From positions 4,032,001-4,096,000 of the forward strand of contig OZ244621.1 of NCBI GenBank assembly GCA_965218425.1: 64,000 nucleotides of DNA, read 5' to 3'. The position numbers were made by a program, and so were the translations under genes. Position 1 is the stretch's first letter, and each line of letters begins with the position of its first letter. The notes below the pieces were generated by a model. That model was not told where the DNA came from and searched no databases. It saw nothing but the letters and a program-made list of their open reading frames with translations. This DNA is from an uncultured Candidatus Binatia bacterium (GTDB taxonomy: Bacteria > Desulfobacterota > Binatia > UBA9968 > CAXXLF01). Positions 28,211 to 38,629 of this stretch are shown here, piece after piece.

Positions 28211-29545
28211 ATGAGCTCCAAGACCGACCAGGCATTCACCCTTCCATCCGCCGACCTGGCCGAACATGTGCAAGAGGCCCGGAGTCGCACATTGGAATTG
28301 GTTAGAGACCTGACCGACGGGCAACTGGTGGTGCCGAAAATCGATACCCTTAACCCCGTCATCTGGGAGTTGGGGCACATCGCCTTTTTCTACGACATCT
28401 TCCTTCTCAGAAACCTTGAAACCGAGGAGCTCCTCTTGAGCGGGGCCGAGAAAATCTACGATTCGTTCAAAGTAGATCACGAGGATCGCTGGGATCTCCT
28501 GCTCCCCTCAAGAAAAGAAACCTTAGATTATATGGAACGCGTGATGGAACGGGCCGTGGATCGGTTGGGTTCACACAAACCCAGTGCAAAGGAAACCTAC
28601 CTTTACCTGCTCACCGTCCTGCACGAGGACATGCACGATGAGGCCTTGACCATGATGAGGCAGACTCTCAAGTATGCTCCACCTGAACTGAGTATAGGCC
28701 AGAACAGCAGGGACGCCATTAAGAGTGATGATGCTTCATTATTGGGTGACGTTGAAGTACCCGGAGGAATCTTTCAGTTGGGTGCGGGCCATGGGACACC
28801 ATTCCTTTTTGATAACGAGAAATGGGCGCACCTAGTGAAAGTCCCTGCTTTCAGAATTTCCCGTGTGCCCGTCACCAATGCCCAATTTGCCGATTTTGTT
28901 GAGGACGAGGGATATCTACGCAGTGAATTCTGGAGCGACCAGGGATGGGTCTGGCGAACCAAACGGGTGGCGACACAACCAAACTATTGGAAACGGGATG
29001 GGAAGGGGTGGCACCGATGGCGTTTCAATGAGCTGGTTCCCTTGGAAAGAGACAACCCCGTGGCTCACGTGAACTGGTACGAAGCGGAAGCGTATTGCCG
29101 CTGGGCCAAGAGGCGGCTTCCCACCGAAGCCGAGTGGGAACTGGCAGCCAGCGCGGAGCCCACGGCCAATGGTAAGGGAATCAAGAAACGCAAGCGAAGG
29201 TTCCCCTGGGGAGACGAGCCCCCGTCGCCGGATCGAGCGAACCTCGACTCTCGTCATCTGGGCACAGTGAATGTAGCTGCGTTTCCTGCCGGCGATAGCG
29301 CCTTTGGCTGCCGCCAGATGTTGGGAAACGTCTGGGAGTGGACAGAATCCGCCTTTTATCCTTTTCCCGGATACATCGTGGATTGGCCCTACAAAGAATA
29401 CTCAGCCCCGTGGTTTGGTGACCGCAGGGTGTTAAAAGGAGGCGCCTGGACAACCCGCTCTAGGCTCGCCAACAACACCTACCGCAACTTCTTCGAGCCC
29501 CACCGTCGTGACGTTTATGCGGGTTTTCGCACCTGCGCTCTCTAA
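28211..29545 (+). CDS. DinB plus FGE-sulfatase non-heme iron enzyme, EgtB/SenA (selenoneine synthase)-like
   Basis: NPVIWELGHIAFF, LHEDMHDEA, FDNE, PVAHVNWYEAEAYC, RLPTEAEWE, GNVWEWT, YKEYSAPWFG, GFRTC. Confidence 0.85.
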   Translation: MSSKTDQAFTLPSADLAEHVQEARSRTLELVRDLTDGQLVVPKIDTLNPVIWELGHIAFFYDIFLLRNLETEELLLSGAEKIYDSFKVDHEDRWDLLLPSRKETLDYMERVMERAVDRLGSHKPSAKETYLYLLTVLHEDMHDEALTMMRQTLKYAPPELSIGQNSRDAIKSDDASLLGDVEVPGGIFQLGAGHGTPFLFDNEKWAHLVKVPAFRISRVPVTNAQFADFVEDEGYLRSEFWSDQGWVWRTKRVATQPNYWKRDGKGWHRWRFNELVPLERDNPVAHVNWYEAEAYCRWAKRRLPTEAEWELAASAEPTANGKGIKKRKRRFPWGDEPPSPDRANLDSRHLGTVNVAAFPAGDSAFGCRQMLGNVWEWTESAFYPFPGYIVDWPYKEYSAPWFGDRRVLKGGAWTTRSRLANNTYRNFFEPHRRDVYAGFRTCAL

Positions 29546-29560
29546 CCATTCGTACTCTTC

Positions 29561-30721
29561 TTATGAGCTCTCTTGGCCCTGATATTTCTCGATATCAAGA
29601 AGGTTAGCGGTTCGCTTTCTTATTTTTAAAAATTTCTTTCCCCAGATGCCCATCTCCGTCAATTCCTTCTGGCCCATGAATTTGTGAGTGGCAAACACGA
29701 CCGCGGTTTTCTGTTTTTTCCTTGCCTGCTTGGCGATGCGTTCGGCGCGGTCGCCGTTCAGGGCGGAGTCGGCGCTGGGCAGGAAGTCGAGGTCCGGCTC
29801 GTAGATGAGATAGAACAGGCGGTCGTCCGTTTCGTGGAAAAGGCCGTCATTGCTCTTTGCCTTGCCTGCCTGTTGGGCAGACAGGCGGATTTTATCCGGA
29901 GCTTGGCCGGTGGCGATGTAGACAAGGTGGCGGGCGATGGTTTCGTAGTCGGGCAGGCTCTCTCCGGTGAGCATTTTCTCAACGCTGATTTCTTCGCCCA
30001 GCGTACAATAGGTGAAGCCGCCCCCCAGCCTGTTTTTCAGGCTCTCGTCCTTTGCTTTCGGAACGCCTTTTATCACGCGGCGCACGCGCTCGGCGGTGAT
30101 GCTGTCGGCATAATCTTCACATTCCACGAGGATGAACTTGCGGTTGCCGCCGTCTTCGGCGTTGAGCGCCAAGACCGCCTGAGCGGTAGTGCCGGAGCCG
30201 GCGAAGGAATCGAGGATAACGGAATCTTTGTCGCTGGCAATTTGGAGAATGCGACGAAGCAACTTCGTTGGCTTCGGTGTGATAAAGACATCCTGAGATG
30301 GTCCCAGTTCCAAAAGGCGACTCAACTCTTGTTTCGCGTTCCTCGTACTACCGGCGTCTTTCCATGACCAGAGCGTTTGCGGCACCACTCCGGCGCGAAC
30401 TTCCGATAAGAAGCGTTTGATGCCCGGACGGTTGTTCCCTAGTTTTCCCCACCAAATACGATCATCTTCGGCAAGTTATTGGAACTTTCCTTTACTGATT
30501 CACCAATAGCTTCCAGCAGGAGGACCTTTAATGATTTTCCCAGACGGCGTTTTTATTGAATAGCGGCCCCGGGCGTAAAAATTTCTGGCAGCTAGATCGC
30601 TTAGCAACCAAGGCCCGCGCGGGTCCTCGTCTGGGTTTTTGTACCGCTCCAGCGTTCGGGATGGAACGGTCAGGTGATGGGCATAGACAAGCTGCTTTCC
30701 CTTGAAATCGAGGACGGGCAT
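29561..30721 (-). pseudogene. Type III R-M DNA methyltransferase (Mod) remnant
   Basis: MPVLDFKGKQ N-terminus; TPKPTKLL and ILDSFAGSGTTAQAV retained; two in-frame stops (SYW*ISKGKFQ*LAEDDRIWWG); DPPY region absent; no res gene. Confidence 0.85.
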
Positions 30722-30762
30722 GGGAATCTATTTAACCTCGCACGTCTGCATGGTCTTTCGCC

Positions 30763-31800
30763 TTATCGTCGTCGTTTCTCAAAATTCCGGGCTCGCTCCA
30801 TGAAAACCGAAGGATTTGCCTTCCACTCCGGATAACCAATGCGCCCGTTATCGGTAAGCAGGTTGATTTTCTCATCGAGGCAGGCCGCCAAGGCGGCGTC
30901 CGCTACTTGAAGCGCAAAGCCGCCGCGTTCGCGCCTGGCGGGATCGGGGTCCTGCACCGCCATCACCAAAGCGCCGCCGGACGCAACACTGGCGTCACTG
31001 TTGCCGATATTACCCCTTGCCACTGCGTCTATCTCGCCGTTTTTCAAAGCGTCCAGCAACTTCCCTTCCTGATCGTAGTATCTCACCTGCGGCATCGTCG
31101 AATCCGCAGGGCTGATAGATTTCCGCTTTTCAAGACGATCCGATTCTCCGGCGGCGGTGATGAAGTAGCTCTTGCCGCCATCGGCAACCACCACAGCTCC
31201 TCCCTCAACAGCAACCCTTGTGCCGGAGACCAGAACCCCGTTCTCGTCGGTAATACCTGTCAGTTGCAGCAGGCGCTCCTCTCCGGTCGTTTCAGCAACG
31301 ACACCAACGCGGTAGGCACGGGTCAGCTTATCGTAGCTGTCAAGACGCTCCTTGTCCTGCGCGCGTACCAGAAGGGTCTGCAAAAACGATATGTGCCCCG
31401 ACGTGAATACGACCACCTTTTCTCCGGCGTCGTTGCGGGTTCGGTCTTCACGAATGGTGATTCCGCCGCCGACAATATCGTATTCCGGGCGAGCGGCTTT
31501 GAGCCAGATACCCCTGAAGGGATCGCCGATACCGCGACGGGAAAAGGATAGTCCGGCGCCGTCCATTGCCTCCAAGGCGGTCAGCAGATCCGCTTCATAA
31601 CCGCGATGAACGTTAAACCCGCCGGAACCGGAGGCACGGTCCTCACTGTAGCTGACGGGCTTGAAGTCGGAATAGAAACCCACGTTGAGAATGCGTCCGC
31701 CGTCCCTGCATACCCCTGTCGCCGACCCGAGAGCCACAAGAACAGCCGTCGAAAATACAGCTATCCCGCCCATGAAAACAGACTTGCCTGCAAATTTCAT
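30763..31800 (-). CDS. Amino-acid ABC-type substrate-binding domain protein
   Basis: Signal-like N-terminus; LNVGFYSDFKPVSY, GYEADLL, DIVGGGITIREDR, DALKNGEIDAV. Confidence 0.75.
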   Translation of the reverse strand: MKFAGKSVFMGGIAVFSTAVLVALGSATGVCRDGGRILNVGFYSDFKPVSYSEDRASGSGGFNVHRGYEADLLTALEAMDGAGLSFSRRGIGDPFRGIWLKAARPEYDIVGGGITIREDRTRNDAGEKVVVFTSGHISFLQTLLVRAQDKERLDSYDKLTRAYRVGVVAETTGEERLLQLTGITDENGVLVSGTRVAVEGGAVVVADGGKSYFITAAGESDRLEKRKSISPADSTMPQVRYYDQEGKLLDALKNGEIDAVARGNIGNSDASVASGGALVMAVQDPDPARRERGGFALQVADAALAACLDEKINLLTDNGRIGYPEWKANPSVFMERARNFEKRRR

Positions 31801-31886
31801 TGTAAAAAGTATACCCCAGGATTGTTGCTTCAACAAATCTAAATTGGCATTCTTGAACTTCGTTCGTATAGTACCGGGCACGCATG

Positions 31887-31976
31887 ATGGATTTCACGCT
31901 TACCGAAGATCAAGTTCAACACCGCGAGGAGATTCGCAGGGTTTGCCGGGACTTTTCCGATCCTTACCGGCTGTGA
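31887..31976 (+). pseudogene. Acyl-CoA dehydrogenase N-terminal fragment
   Basis: MDFTLTEDQVQHREEIRRVCRDFSDPY then stop. Confidence 0.5.
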
Positions 31977-32078
31977 GCGGCCAGAAATAATTGGAAATGG
32001 GCGGTAAATTTAGCGGTTTTTGGCTTGAAAATCAGGGGTTCAACGGCGTTTACCTGGCCGGTTTTGGACGGTACGGGT

Positions 32079-32282
32079 TCAGTAATTTCGTATGAGTATC
32101 TCCTGACGCCGATTGCCGGGCACGGCGGCCTTGGCGTCGATGGCGCTGTATCTGGTCGATACCTGCTCTATCTGAACCTCCCCGAAGATCCCGCGCGGCT
32201 CGGCATGATCGTTTAGAGAGAGGAGAAACCGGCCCTTGAGCACCCGTACCAGATCGGCTAAATCGAGATAGTCTCGGCGCTC
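32079..32282 (-). pseudogene. C-terminal fragment of a Dam-like (D12 class) DNA adenine methylase
   Basis: Manual translation ERRDYLDLADLVRVLKGRFLLSLNDHAEPRGIF...VSTRYS...QEILIRNY*; no start codon. Confidence 0.65.
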
Positions 32283-32520
32283 GCCGCTACGAAATTTACG
32301 AGTTGCGAGGCTAAGGGGTTTCTAATATCTTCGGCACTCAATGGCAACTTCGAGACCCGGGCATGGGCCAATCCGCTTATATAAGACAGCGAAAGATCTT
32401 AGATTTATTAATTGCAATCCACATCCATTCAGGTTATGGGAAAGCCAACCGAGACACGCCTTGGTCATCGTTGAATGAAGATCGTAAAGGGTGAATTAAA
32501 CACAGGGTGGCTTTTATTTC

Positions 32521-32964
32521 ATGAGCGACATCAAGTTTCGACTCAGGCATACCATGTTACCTGTGCGCGATCTCGATCGATCCATCGATTTTTACACCCG
32601 GCTACTCGGAATGGACATCATGCGGCTACGCCGACAGGACGAAACGACTCGAGTTGGTTACCTGGGTTACGGTAGCGAGGATGAAGGACCAGCACTTGAG
32701 ATGATCCAGAGTGGTGAACCGACGAGTTCTGTTCAGATACCAACCTGGGCAGGCCATATCGCGATCATGGTTTCGGACCTGTACGCGCTCTGTGAAAAGT
32801 TAAAAGAGGCCGGGGTGGAATTTACCCAAGAACCTCATCCCAACAGACCCGGAAGTCGAGACCACATGGCCTACATTCTTGATCCGGATGGCTACGTCAT
32901 CGAGCTAAACGAACGGCATACCCTGACTGGCCCACCCTTCAAGCGTCCTGTTCCACCAGCCTAA
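32521..32964 (+). CDS. gloA: Lactoylglutathione lyase-like VOC protein
   Basis: HTMLPVRDLDRSIDFYTRLLGM...YLGYG...LEM...GHIAI...DPDGYVIEL. Confidence 0.75.
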   Translation: MSDIKFRLRHTMLPVRDLDRSIDFYTRLLGMDIMRLRRQDETTRVGYLGYGSEDEGPALEMIQSGEPTSSVQIPTWAGHIAIMVSDLYALCEKLKEAGVEFTQEPHPNRPGSRDHMAYILDPDGYVIELNERHTLTGPPFKRPVPPA

Positions 32965-33115
32965 ACAGTACCCTGAAACGGAGTTGACCCAAGTCTGCCC
33001 ACTGGGATCATCAGGTCATGGCCCATGCCCCGTCTACCATTTCTACCCCTAAATTGGTAGAGTTTGAGGAAGAATAAACGGGGGCCGAACAGGCCCCCTT
33101 CGTCTATTGATCACC

Positions 33116-34939
33116 ATGAAATTAAATCCAAGCCGAAGACAAAATATTCGAAACATTGCCATCATCGCGCACGTGGATCACGGTAAGACGACTTTGGTGG
33201 ATGCCATGCTGCACCAGAGCGGCATTTTTCGCGCCAACGAGCAGGTAATGGAGCGGGTCATGGACTCCTTCGATATAGAACGGGAAAGGGGAATCACCAT
33301 CTTGGCGAAGAACACCTCCATCGATTACGCCGGCGTCAAGATCAACATCGTAGATACCCCAGGCCACTCGGACTTTGGCGGTGAAGTGGAACGGACCCTG
33401 GCCATGGTGGACGGGGTCTTGCTGCTGGTGGATGCCTCCGAAGGGCCGTTGCCCCAAACCCGCTTTGTCCTGAAAAAGGCCCTGGAGCTAGAACTTCCCC
33501 CAGTCGTCTGCATCAACAAGATCGACCGGGCGGACGCCCGAATTCGCGAGGTGCTGGATGAAATCTACGGATTGTTCATCGACCTGGACGCCACCGAAGA
33601 TCAACTGGACTTTCCAGTAGTCTATACTAACGCCCGCGCGGGAACGGCCACCCGAGATCTGCAGGAGAGTTCCAATAGCTTGGCCCCCCTGTTCGACCTC
33701 ATCCTTCAATCTCTTCCCGGTCCCCTGGTGGACCCTGACGCACCCATCCAGTTTCAAATCAACAACCTGGATTACAACGATTATGTGGGCCGCTTGGGTA
33801 TAGGACGGGTGAGCAACGGCACTTTGAGAGCGGGTGGTCTCTATACTCTCTGCCGTAGTGACGGCTCCCAACTCCCCATCAAAGTAACACAGCTCTTCGG
33901 ATGGCACGGCTTGAAACGTATGGATCTCGATGTGGCCGAGGCGGGTACGATAGCCGCTGTGGCAGGGATTGAGGAGATCTATATTGGAGACACCATAACC
34001 GACCGGGAACAATCTCGCCCCCTTCCGGCCATCCACGTGGAAGAACCCACCATTACCATGGTCTTCGGAGTCAACACCTCGCCTTGGGCGGGGCGGGAAG
34101 GGAACTATGTAACTTCCCGCAAATTGCGGGAGCGACTCGTCTTGGAACAGCGTCGGAACGTAAGTCTCAAAATTAAAGATACCACTTCCCCGGATGCCAT
34201 GCGAGTTACGGGTCGGGGCGAGTTGCAGCTGGCGGTTTTGATCGAGACCATGCGTCGGGAGGGATACGAACTGGCCGTTTCCCGGCCCGCCGTGGTGACC
34301 CGTGAGATCAATCAAAACCTCCATGAGCCAATCGAGTTATTGATTATCGACGTTCCCGACGCTTACGTGGGTGTGGTCACCCAACTCCTGGGCGTACGAC
34401 GAGGACAGTTAAGGAAAATGGACCACGCGGGATCGGGCCGGGTCAACCTCGAATTTTCCGTCCCTTCACGCGGGCTCATCGGCTTTCGCTCCCGCTTTCT
34501 CATCGAAACCAGAGGAACGGGTCTCACGAACACGTTATTCGACGGGTGGGCGCCCTGGAATGGACCCATTCAAGGGAGAACCAATGGCGCCATTGTGGCA
34601 GACCGAGAGGGCAAGGCGACTCCCTATTCTATCTTTCACATGCAAGAAAGGGGAACGATCTTTATCGCGCCGGGGACCCGCGTCTATGAAGGGATGATCA
34701 TCGGTGAATACTCCCGCGACGCCGACCTCACCGTGAATATTTGCCGCGAGAAGAAACTAACCAACGTACGGGCAGCGGGCAGCGATGAGAACGTTCTCAT
34801 CACGCCTCATCGGGAGATCGGGCTCGAAGACGGCATCGAATGGATCGATGACGACGAGTTGGTGGAGGTCACACCTCAATCCATCCGGCTTAGAAAAACC
34901 CTGCTGAAGCAGATGGACAGAAAAAGCAGTAAATCCTAA
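33116..34939 (+). CDS. typA: Translational GTPase TypA/BipA
   Basis: [57 protein letters not shown]. Confidence 0.97.
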   Translation: MKLNPSRRQNIRNIAIIAHVDHGKTTLVDAMLHQSGIFRANEQVMERVMDSFDIERERGITILAKNTSIDYAGVKINIVDTPGHSDFGGEVERTLAMVDGVLLLVDASEGPLPQTRFVLKKALELELPPVVCINKIDRADARIREVLDEIYGLFIDLDATEDQLDFPVVYTNARAGTATRDLQESSNSLAPLFDLILQSLPGPLVDPDAPIQFQINNLDYNDYVGRLGIGRVSNGTLRAGGLYTLCRSDGSQLPIKVTQLFGWHGLKRMDLDVAEAGTIAAVAGIEEIYIGDTITDREQSRPLPAIHVEEPTITMVFGVNTSPWAGREGNYVTSRKLRERLVLEQRRNVSLKIKDTTSPDAMRVTGRGELQLAVLIETMRREGYELAVSRPAVVTREINQNLHEPIELLIIDVPDAYVGVVTQLLGVRRGQLRKMDHAGSGRVNLEFSVPSRGLIGFRSRFLIETRGTGLTNTLFDGWAPWNGPIQGRTNGAIVADREGKATPYSIFHMQERGTIFIAPGTRVYEGMIIGEYSRDADLTVNICREKKLTNVRAAGSDENVLITPHREIGLEDGIEWIDDDELVEVTPQSIRLRKTLLKQMDRKSSKS

Positions 34940-35418
34940 CCCCCCGTCATCCCGCCAAGTCCACCGTTCCATGCCTCCATACTTTTCAATCATACTGGAT
35001 TAGAGTCCGTCCATAAAACCATACTGACGAATTTTGCGCCGCTATCGAGCCTTTCTACATATGGGCTGAGGTGATTACCGAGAAAGACATCCAGGTCCCT
35101 ATTGAAGGGGCCTAGTTTCCCTCATCCGCATCCGGGAGGTGACGCACCTTGGTCATTGTGATGGTGGGTGCAATCGTGATATCTGTAGTTTGCCAGTTGA
35201 CCCCGTGCCACGAATTTAGGCCTATGGTTTGGGCCACGGTCCTAGCAGGGAGTCCGGAATCTTCATTTCAGGGGTTACGAGCCGGGCGTTTTGTGGTTCG
35301 GGGGTAAAGATAAAACTGCACCAACGGGCAACCTTTCATGATCCGTGAAGAAGCCGCTGTCACCATTGCCCAGCGGATCAAAGATAAGGGGTTAATGTAT
35401 GTTGCACGGGCCGAAATA

Positions 35419-35453
35419 GCGAAGGGGAACTCACACTGCTAGCTCCCCTTCGC
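35419..35453 (-). terminator. Hairpin terminator
   Basis: GCGAAGGGGA...TCCCCTTCGC just downstream of the 35466 stop. Confidence 0.6.
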
Positions 35454-35465
35454 ACGACACTTCAG

Positions 35466-35756
35466 TCAGCGGACTGCGGTGAGGGGTTCGTCTTCCAGGT
35501 GACCTTCTTCTTTGGCGCGGTCTAATACCGCCTGAATTGTATTGATCAGGCTACGGGCCGACTCCATGCTCAGCTCCACCCCCACCCGAGCCCCAACTCC
35601 TTCAGCCTCATTGGCAAAGTCGATATTCACGGCATGTTCGTAGGATGCGTGAACCGGGTGGTCGTAAGAAACATTGACCTCTTTTACCTTGAACCAACCG
35701 ACGGCCCCTTTGCCACAACCATCGATCAAAGCTTGATTGATAATCGAAGTACACAT
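35466..35756 (-). CDS. Conserved hypothetical protein (DUF6295-like)
   Basis: MCT....GCGKG..GWF....V.YDHP.HA..EHA.NIDF...RV.VELS; AGGAG RBS. Confidence 0.7.
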   Translation of the reverse strand: MCTSIINQALIDGCGKGAVGWFKVKEVNVSYDHPVHASYEHAVNIDFANEAEGVGARVGVELSMESARSLINTIQAVLDRAKEEGHLEDEPLTAVR

Positions 35757-35801
35757 AATTACACTCCTCTTTTTACTCGACCAAAAGAACCGCCGCCCGA
35801 T

Positions 35802-36566
35802 CTAGGCGCTCAGGTGCTTGTCAAGGAAGACCCAGATCTTCTTCCAGCCGTCCACGGCCTGCTCTTGCCGATAGGCTCCTCGGTCATAGTAAAAGAAGCC
35901 ATGCCCCGCCCCGTCGTATCTGTGGAACTCATAGTTCTTGCCGTGTTTCTTGAGTTCCTCCTCATGCTGGTTGACGTGTTCCGGCGACGGCCTCTTGTCA
36001 TCGTTGCCAAACAGACCAATGAGGGGGCAAGAAAGGTCCTTCGTGTAGTCGATGGGTGCTACCGGCTGAGCGGGCGAAAGCTCTTCCTTTTTCTGCACCA
36101 CACCGCCCCCCCAACACTCAACGGCCGCGTTAAAATCCTTCCCACGACAGGCCACTAGGAAGGTTTGGCGGCCTCCCGAGCAGGTGCCGAAGACTCCCAC
36201 CTTGCCGTTTAGTTCCGGCAGCCCGCGCAGGTACTCGTTTGCCCCTTGGCAATCACCGATTACCTGATCGTCTGGAACTCCACCTGCTGCACGAACCTTT
36301 GCGGTTACATCCTCTACGGTCCCGTGACCGGCACGGCAGTATAGGTTAGGACTGATTGCCATATAGCCATGATGGGCATATCTTCGCGTGGCCTCACGGT
36401 ACCATTCATCCCAACCGGGCATGTGATGGATCAGGACCATGCCGGGAAAGGGGCCTTTCCCTGTGGGTCGCGCAAAATAGGCATTGATTGTATCCCCATT
36501 TGCCCCCTTTATATTGACGGTTTGCGCCGTCATGCCTTCGATCATGTCTGTCGTGTACGTATGCAT
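35802..36566 (-). CDS. Dienelactone hydrolase family protein
   Basis: VGVFGTCSGG nucleophile elbow, GNDD, YDGAGHGF. Confidence 0.9.
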   Translation of the reverse strand: MHTYTTDMIEGMTAQTVNIKGANGDTINAYFARPTGKGPFPGMVLIHHMPGWDEWYREATRRYAHHGYMAISPNLYCRAGHGTVEDVTAKVRAAGGVPDDQVIGDCQGANEYLRGLPELNGKVGVFGTCSGGRQTFLVACRGKDFNAAVECWGGGVVQKKEELSPAQPVAPIDYTKDLSCPLIGLFGNDDKRPSPEHVNQHEEELKKHGKNYEFHRYDGAGHGFFYYDRGAYRQEQAVDGWKKIWVFLDKHLSA

Positions 36567-36690
36567 AGATACCTCCTAATGAAAAGTTTTGATTTTGACC
36601 GAAGCGGACCGCATCGGCCGATTTAATCGTTTAGTTATAGTAACCCCGTCGAGGAAATTCATAGTTGCCTTACCGCTTATCTGCTAAGGG

Positions 36691-37140
36691 TTATCCTCCC
36701 AGCATTTCCTTGACCACCTGGCTAATACGGGACACCGCGGCACGCCCCGAGAGCTGTTTGGTCAAAAGCCCCATGACCTTACCCATTTCCTTCATGGAAG
36801 AGGCACCCGTCTCAGCCACGGCGGCCTCGACGGCTTGACGCAACTCGGCATCGTCTATTTGTGAGGGCAAGTAGTCCTGAATGATGCGGATTTCTTCGCG
36901 CTCCTTTGTTGCGAGCTCTTCGCGTCCGGCCTTGGCATATTGCTCGGCCGCATCCTCCCGTTTCTTGACCATGGACTGGAGCGCTTTGAGGATACCCTCC
37001 TCGCCCGTCTCCTTACCCTGTTCTTTGTCCTTGTATAGGATCTCCGAGCGAATCATTCGAATGGTCGACAGCCTAAGCCCGGCCTTCTCCCTCATGGCCG
37101 ATCTCAAATCCTCCCCCAACCGTTCACGAATGCTTGGCAT
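36691..37140 (-). CDS. GatB/YqeY domain protein
   Basis: AMRE...LSTIRM...KKREDAAEQY...YLPSQ...MKEMGKVMG. Confidence 0.92.
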   Translation of the reverse strand: MPSIRERLGEDLRSAMREKAGLRLSTIRMIRSEILYKDKEQGKETGEEGILKALQSMVKKREDAAEQYAKAGREELATKEREEIRIIQDYLPSQIDDAELRQAVEAAVAETGASSMKEMGKVMGLLTKQLSGRAAVSRISQVVKEMLGG

Positions 37141-37312
37141 CTTGTGTCCCTGCCCCTAGAACTCCCGGTCAAAGTTCACGGAGCCCCTCAACTTCCAGCG
37201 ATTAAAAATTGCAAAAGCGGAAGCTTTTGTCCAGCCCTAAAATCACGTCTCCACCACCTCATCTTCAACCTCACCACTCCCGCGGATACGGAACTTTACC
37301 TCAAATGAGAGC

Positions 37313-38278
37313 CTATGCTTGTTCCTCATTCTTGTACAGCCCATCGATGAACCCCTCATCGTCCAATTCCCGAAGAAAATGGAGATCCCACATGGAGACG
37401 GGATTCATGTCCTCGAGTTCGGGATAATCCCCCAGTGCCAATTCGAAAGTGTTGTAAATCGCATCCGTACTGGGATAGGGCTTTTTCTGCATCGTACTGT
37501 TCACGTCCTCGTAGAGCCGCTCGATCGCCTCGTCATCAAAATGGAGCTTTGCGCTGAGGGCCTCCCAAAGAAGCTCTTTGGTTCGCTCCTTCCGAGTTTT
37601 AAATAGACAAATGGCTTCGCAGTAAGCCTTGAGGAAGGCCATGGTTTCTCCGGGCTTGGACTTTATGGTTTCCATAATTGAGTTGATGGTAACGTTATGG
37701 ATCTGTGGGTACTCGGGAATCTCTAGGACCTTGAGTCCATCCCTTTTGGCAATCACGTCGTATGGCGGGGACAGCTGGGTCGCCGCCGCATCATCGTTGT
37801 TTAGAAACTTTTGATACCGCTGAACATAATTGATGTCCTTGTCGTCTTGACGGATCTCTTGGATCCCGTCTCTCTTGAAATCGATCCCCGCCTTTGCCAG
37901 TTTGCCACGGTTGGCCAGGTCCCCATGGGATCCCCGCTCACCCCGAAAGGTGATTCCTTTGCCCTTGAGGTCATTTAGGCTATTGATCCAGGGCTTGACG
38001 ATGAGCTTGGACGGCCAGATGTTAGAGGGTTGGGCCAGGTAAACAAACTTCGCGCCGCTGTGCTTGCGCTCCACATATGGGCTAATGTGATTACCGAGGA
38101 AAAAGTCCACTTCGCCTTTGTAGAGCATCTGGTTTCCCTCGGTGGAATCCGGCACATGACGCACCGTGGGCTCCAAACCGTACTTCTGAAGCAGGCCTGA
38201 GTCCCTCAATATGAACGTCAGCACCTCCAGGTTATGCCGATAGCCGATTCGAATGGGTTTAAGTCGCTTCTGTGCCAT
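37313..38278 (-). CDS. NMT1/SsuA-like ABC substrate-binding protein, no signal peptide
   Basis: GLLQKYGLE, SLNDLKGK, FLKAYCEAI, FLRELDDEGFIDGLY. Confidence 0.75.
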   Translation of the reverse strand: MAQKRLKPIRIGYRHNLEVLTFILRDSGLLQKYGLEPTVRHVPDSTEGNQMLYKGEVDFFLGNHISPYVERKHSGAKFVYLAQPSNIWPSKLIVKPWINSLNDLKGKGITFRGERGSHGDLANRGKLAKAGIDFKRDGIQEIRQDDKDINYVQRYQKFLNNDDAAATQLSPPYDVIAKRDGLKVLEIPEYPQIHNVTINSIMETIKSKPGETMAFLKAYCEAICLFKTRKERTKELLWEALSAKLHFDDEAIERLYEDVNSTMQKKPYPSTDAIYNTFELALGDYPELEDMNPVSMWDLHFLRELDDEGFIDGLYKNEEQA

Positions 38279-38416
38279 ATCTTCTCCTTTCCCGACGTTG
38301 GATACTAGCCGGGACGGCCCCTCATTACAACCTCAATGAGCCGCTTTTTTGGCGCCATCGGATAATCTGAAAGAAGCCGGGTTTGCTTGCGCGGTTGCCC
38401 GTAACGATGTGTGCCC

Positions 38417-38629
38417 CGAGATGTGTATTTTGCCGCGTCAAACTGACGGGGCCTCGAGGCCGAGGCCCGTCGGCTCCCGCTGAGGGGCAGGCTCCCGAGC
38501 CCTACCTCCTATGGGTGAATGAGCGTTCTCGTCGAGGGAGCAATGAAGAGCAGGGACGTCGGCTCCGTAGAAGCGGTCTCACTCACTTGCCAGGGCTGTA
38601 ATCCTTAACTCACGAAAACACACATTTCG
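38417..38629. repeat. MITE-like non-coding element
   Basis: 15-bp terminal IRs with 13/15 match (CGAGATGTGTATTTT / AAAACACACATTTCG) and an internal GC hairpin at about 38444-38472. Confidence 0.5.

Noticed and set aside
30500..30502. In-frame TGA in the Mod gene as possible selenocysteine
   Set aside because: A TAA follows eight codons later and the catalytic region is deleted, so this is a pseudogene.
34940..35410. 470-bp intergenic region after typA as a possible ncRNA or gene remnant
   Set aside because: No recognisable RNA family, repeat or protein motif by eye.
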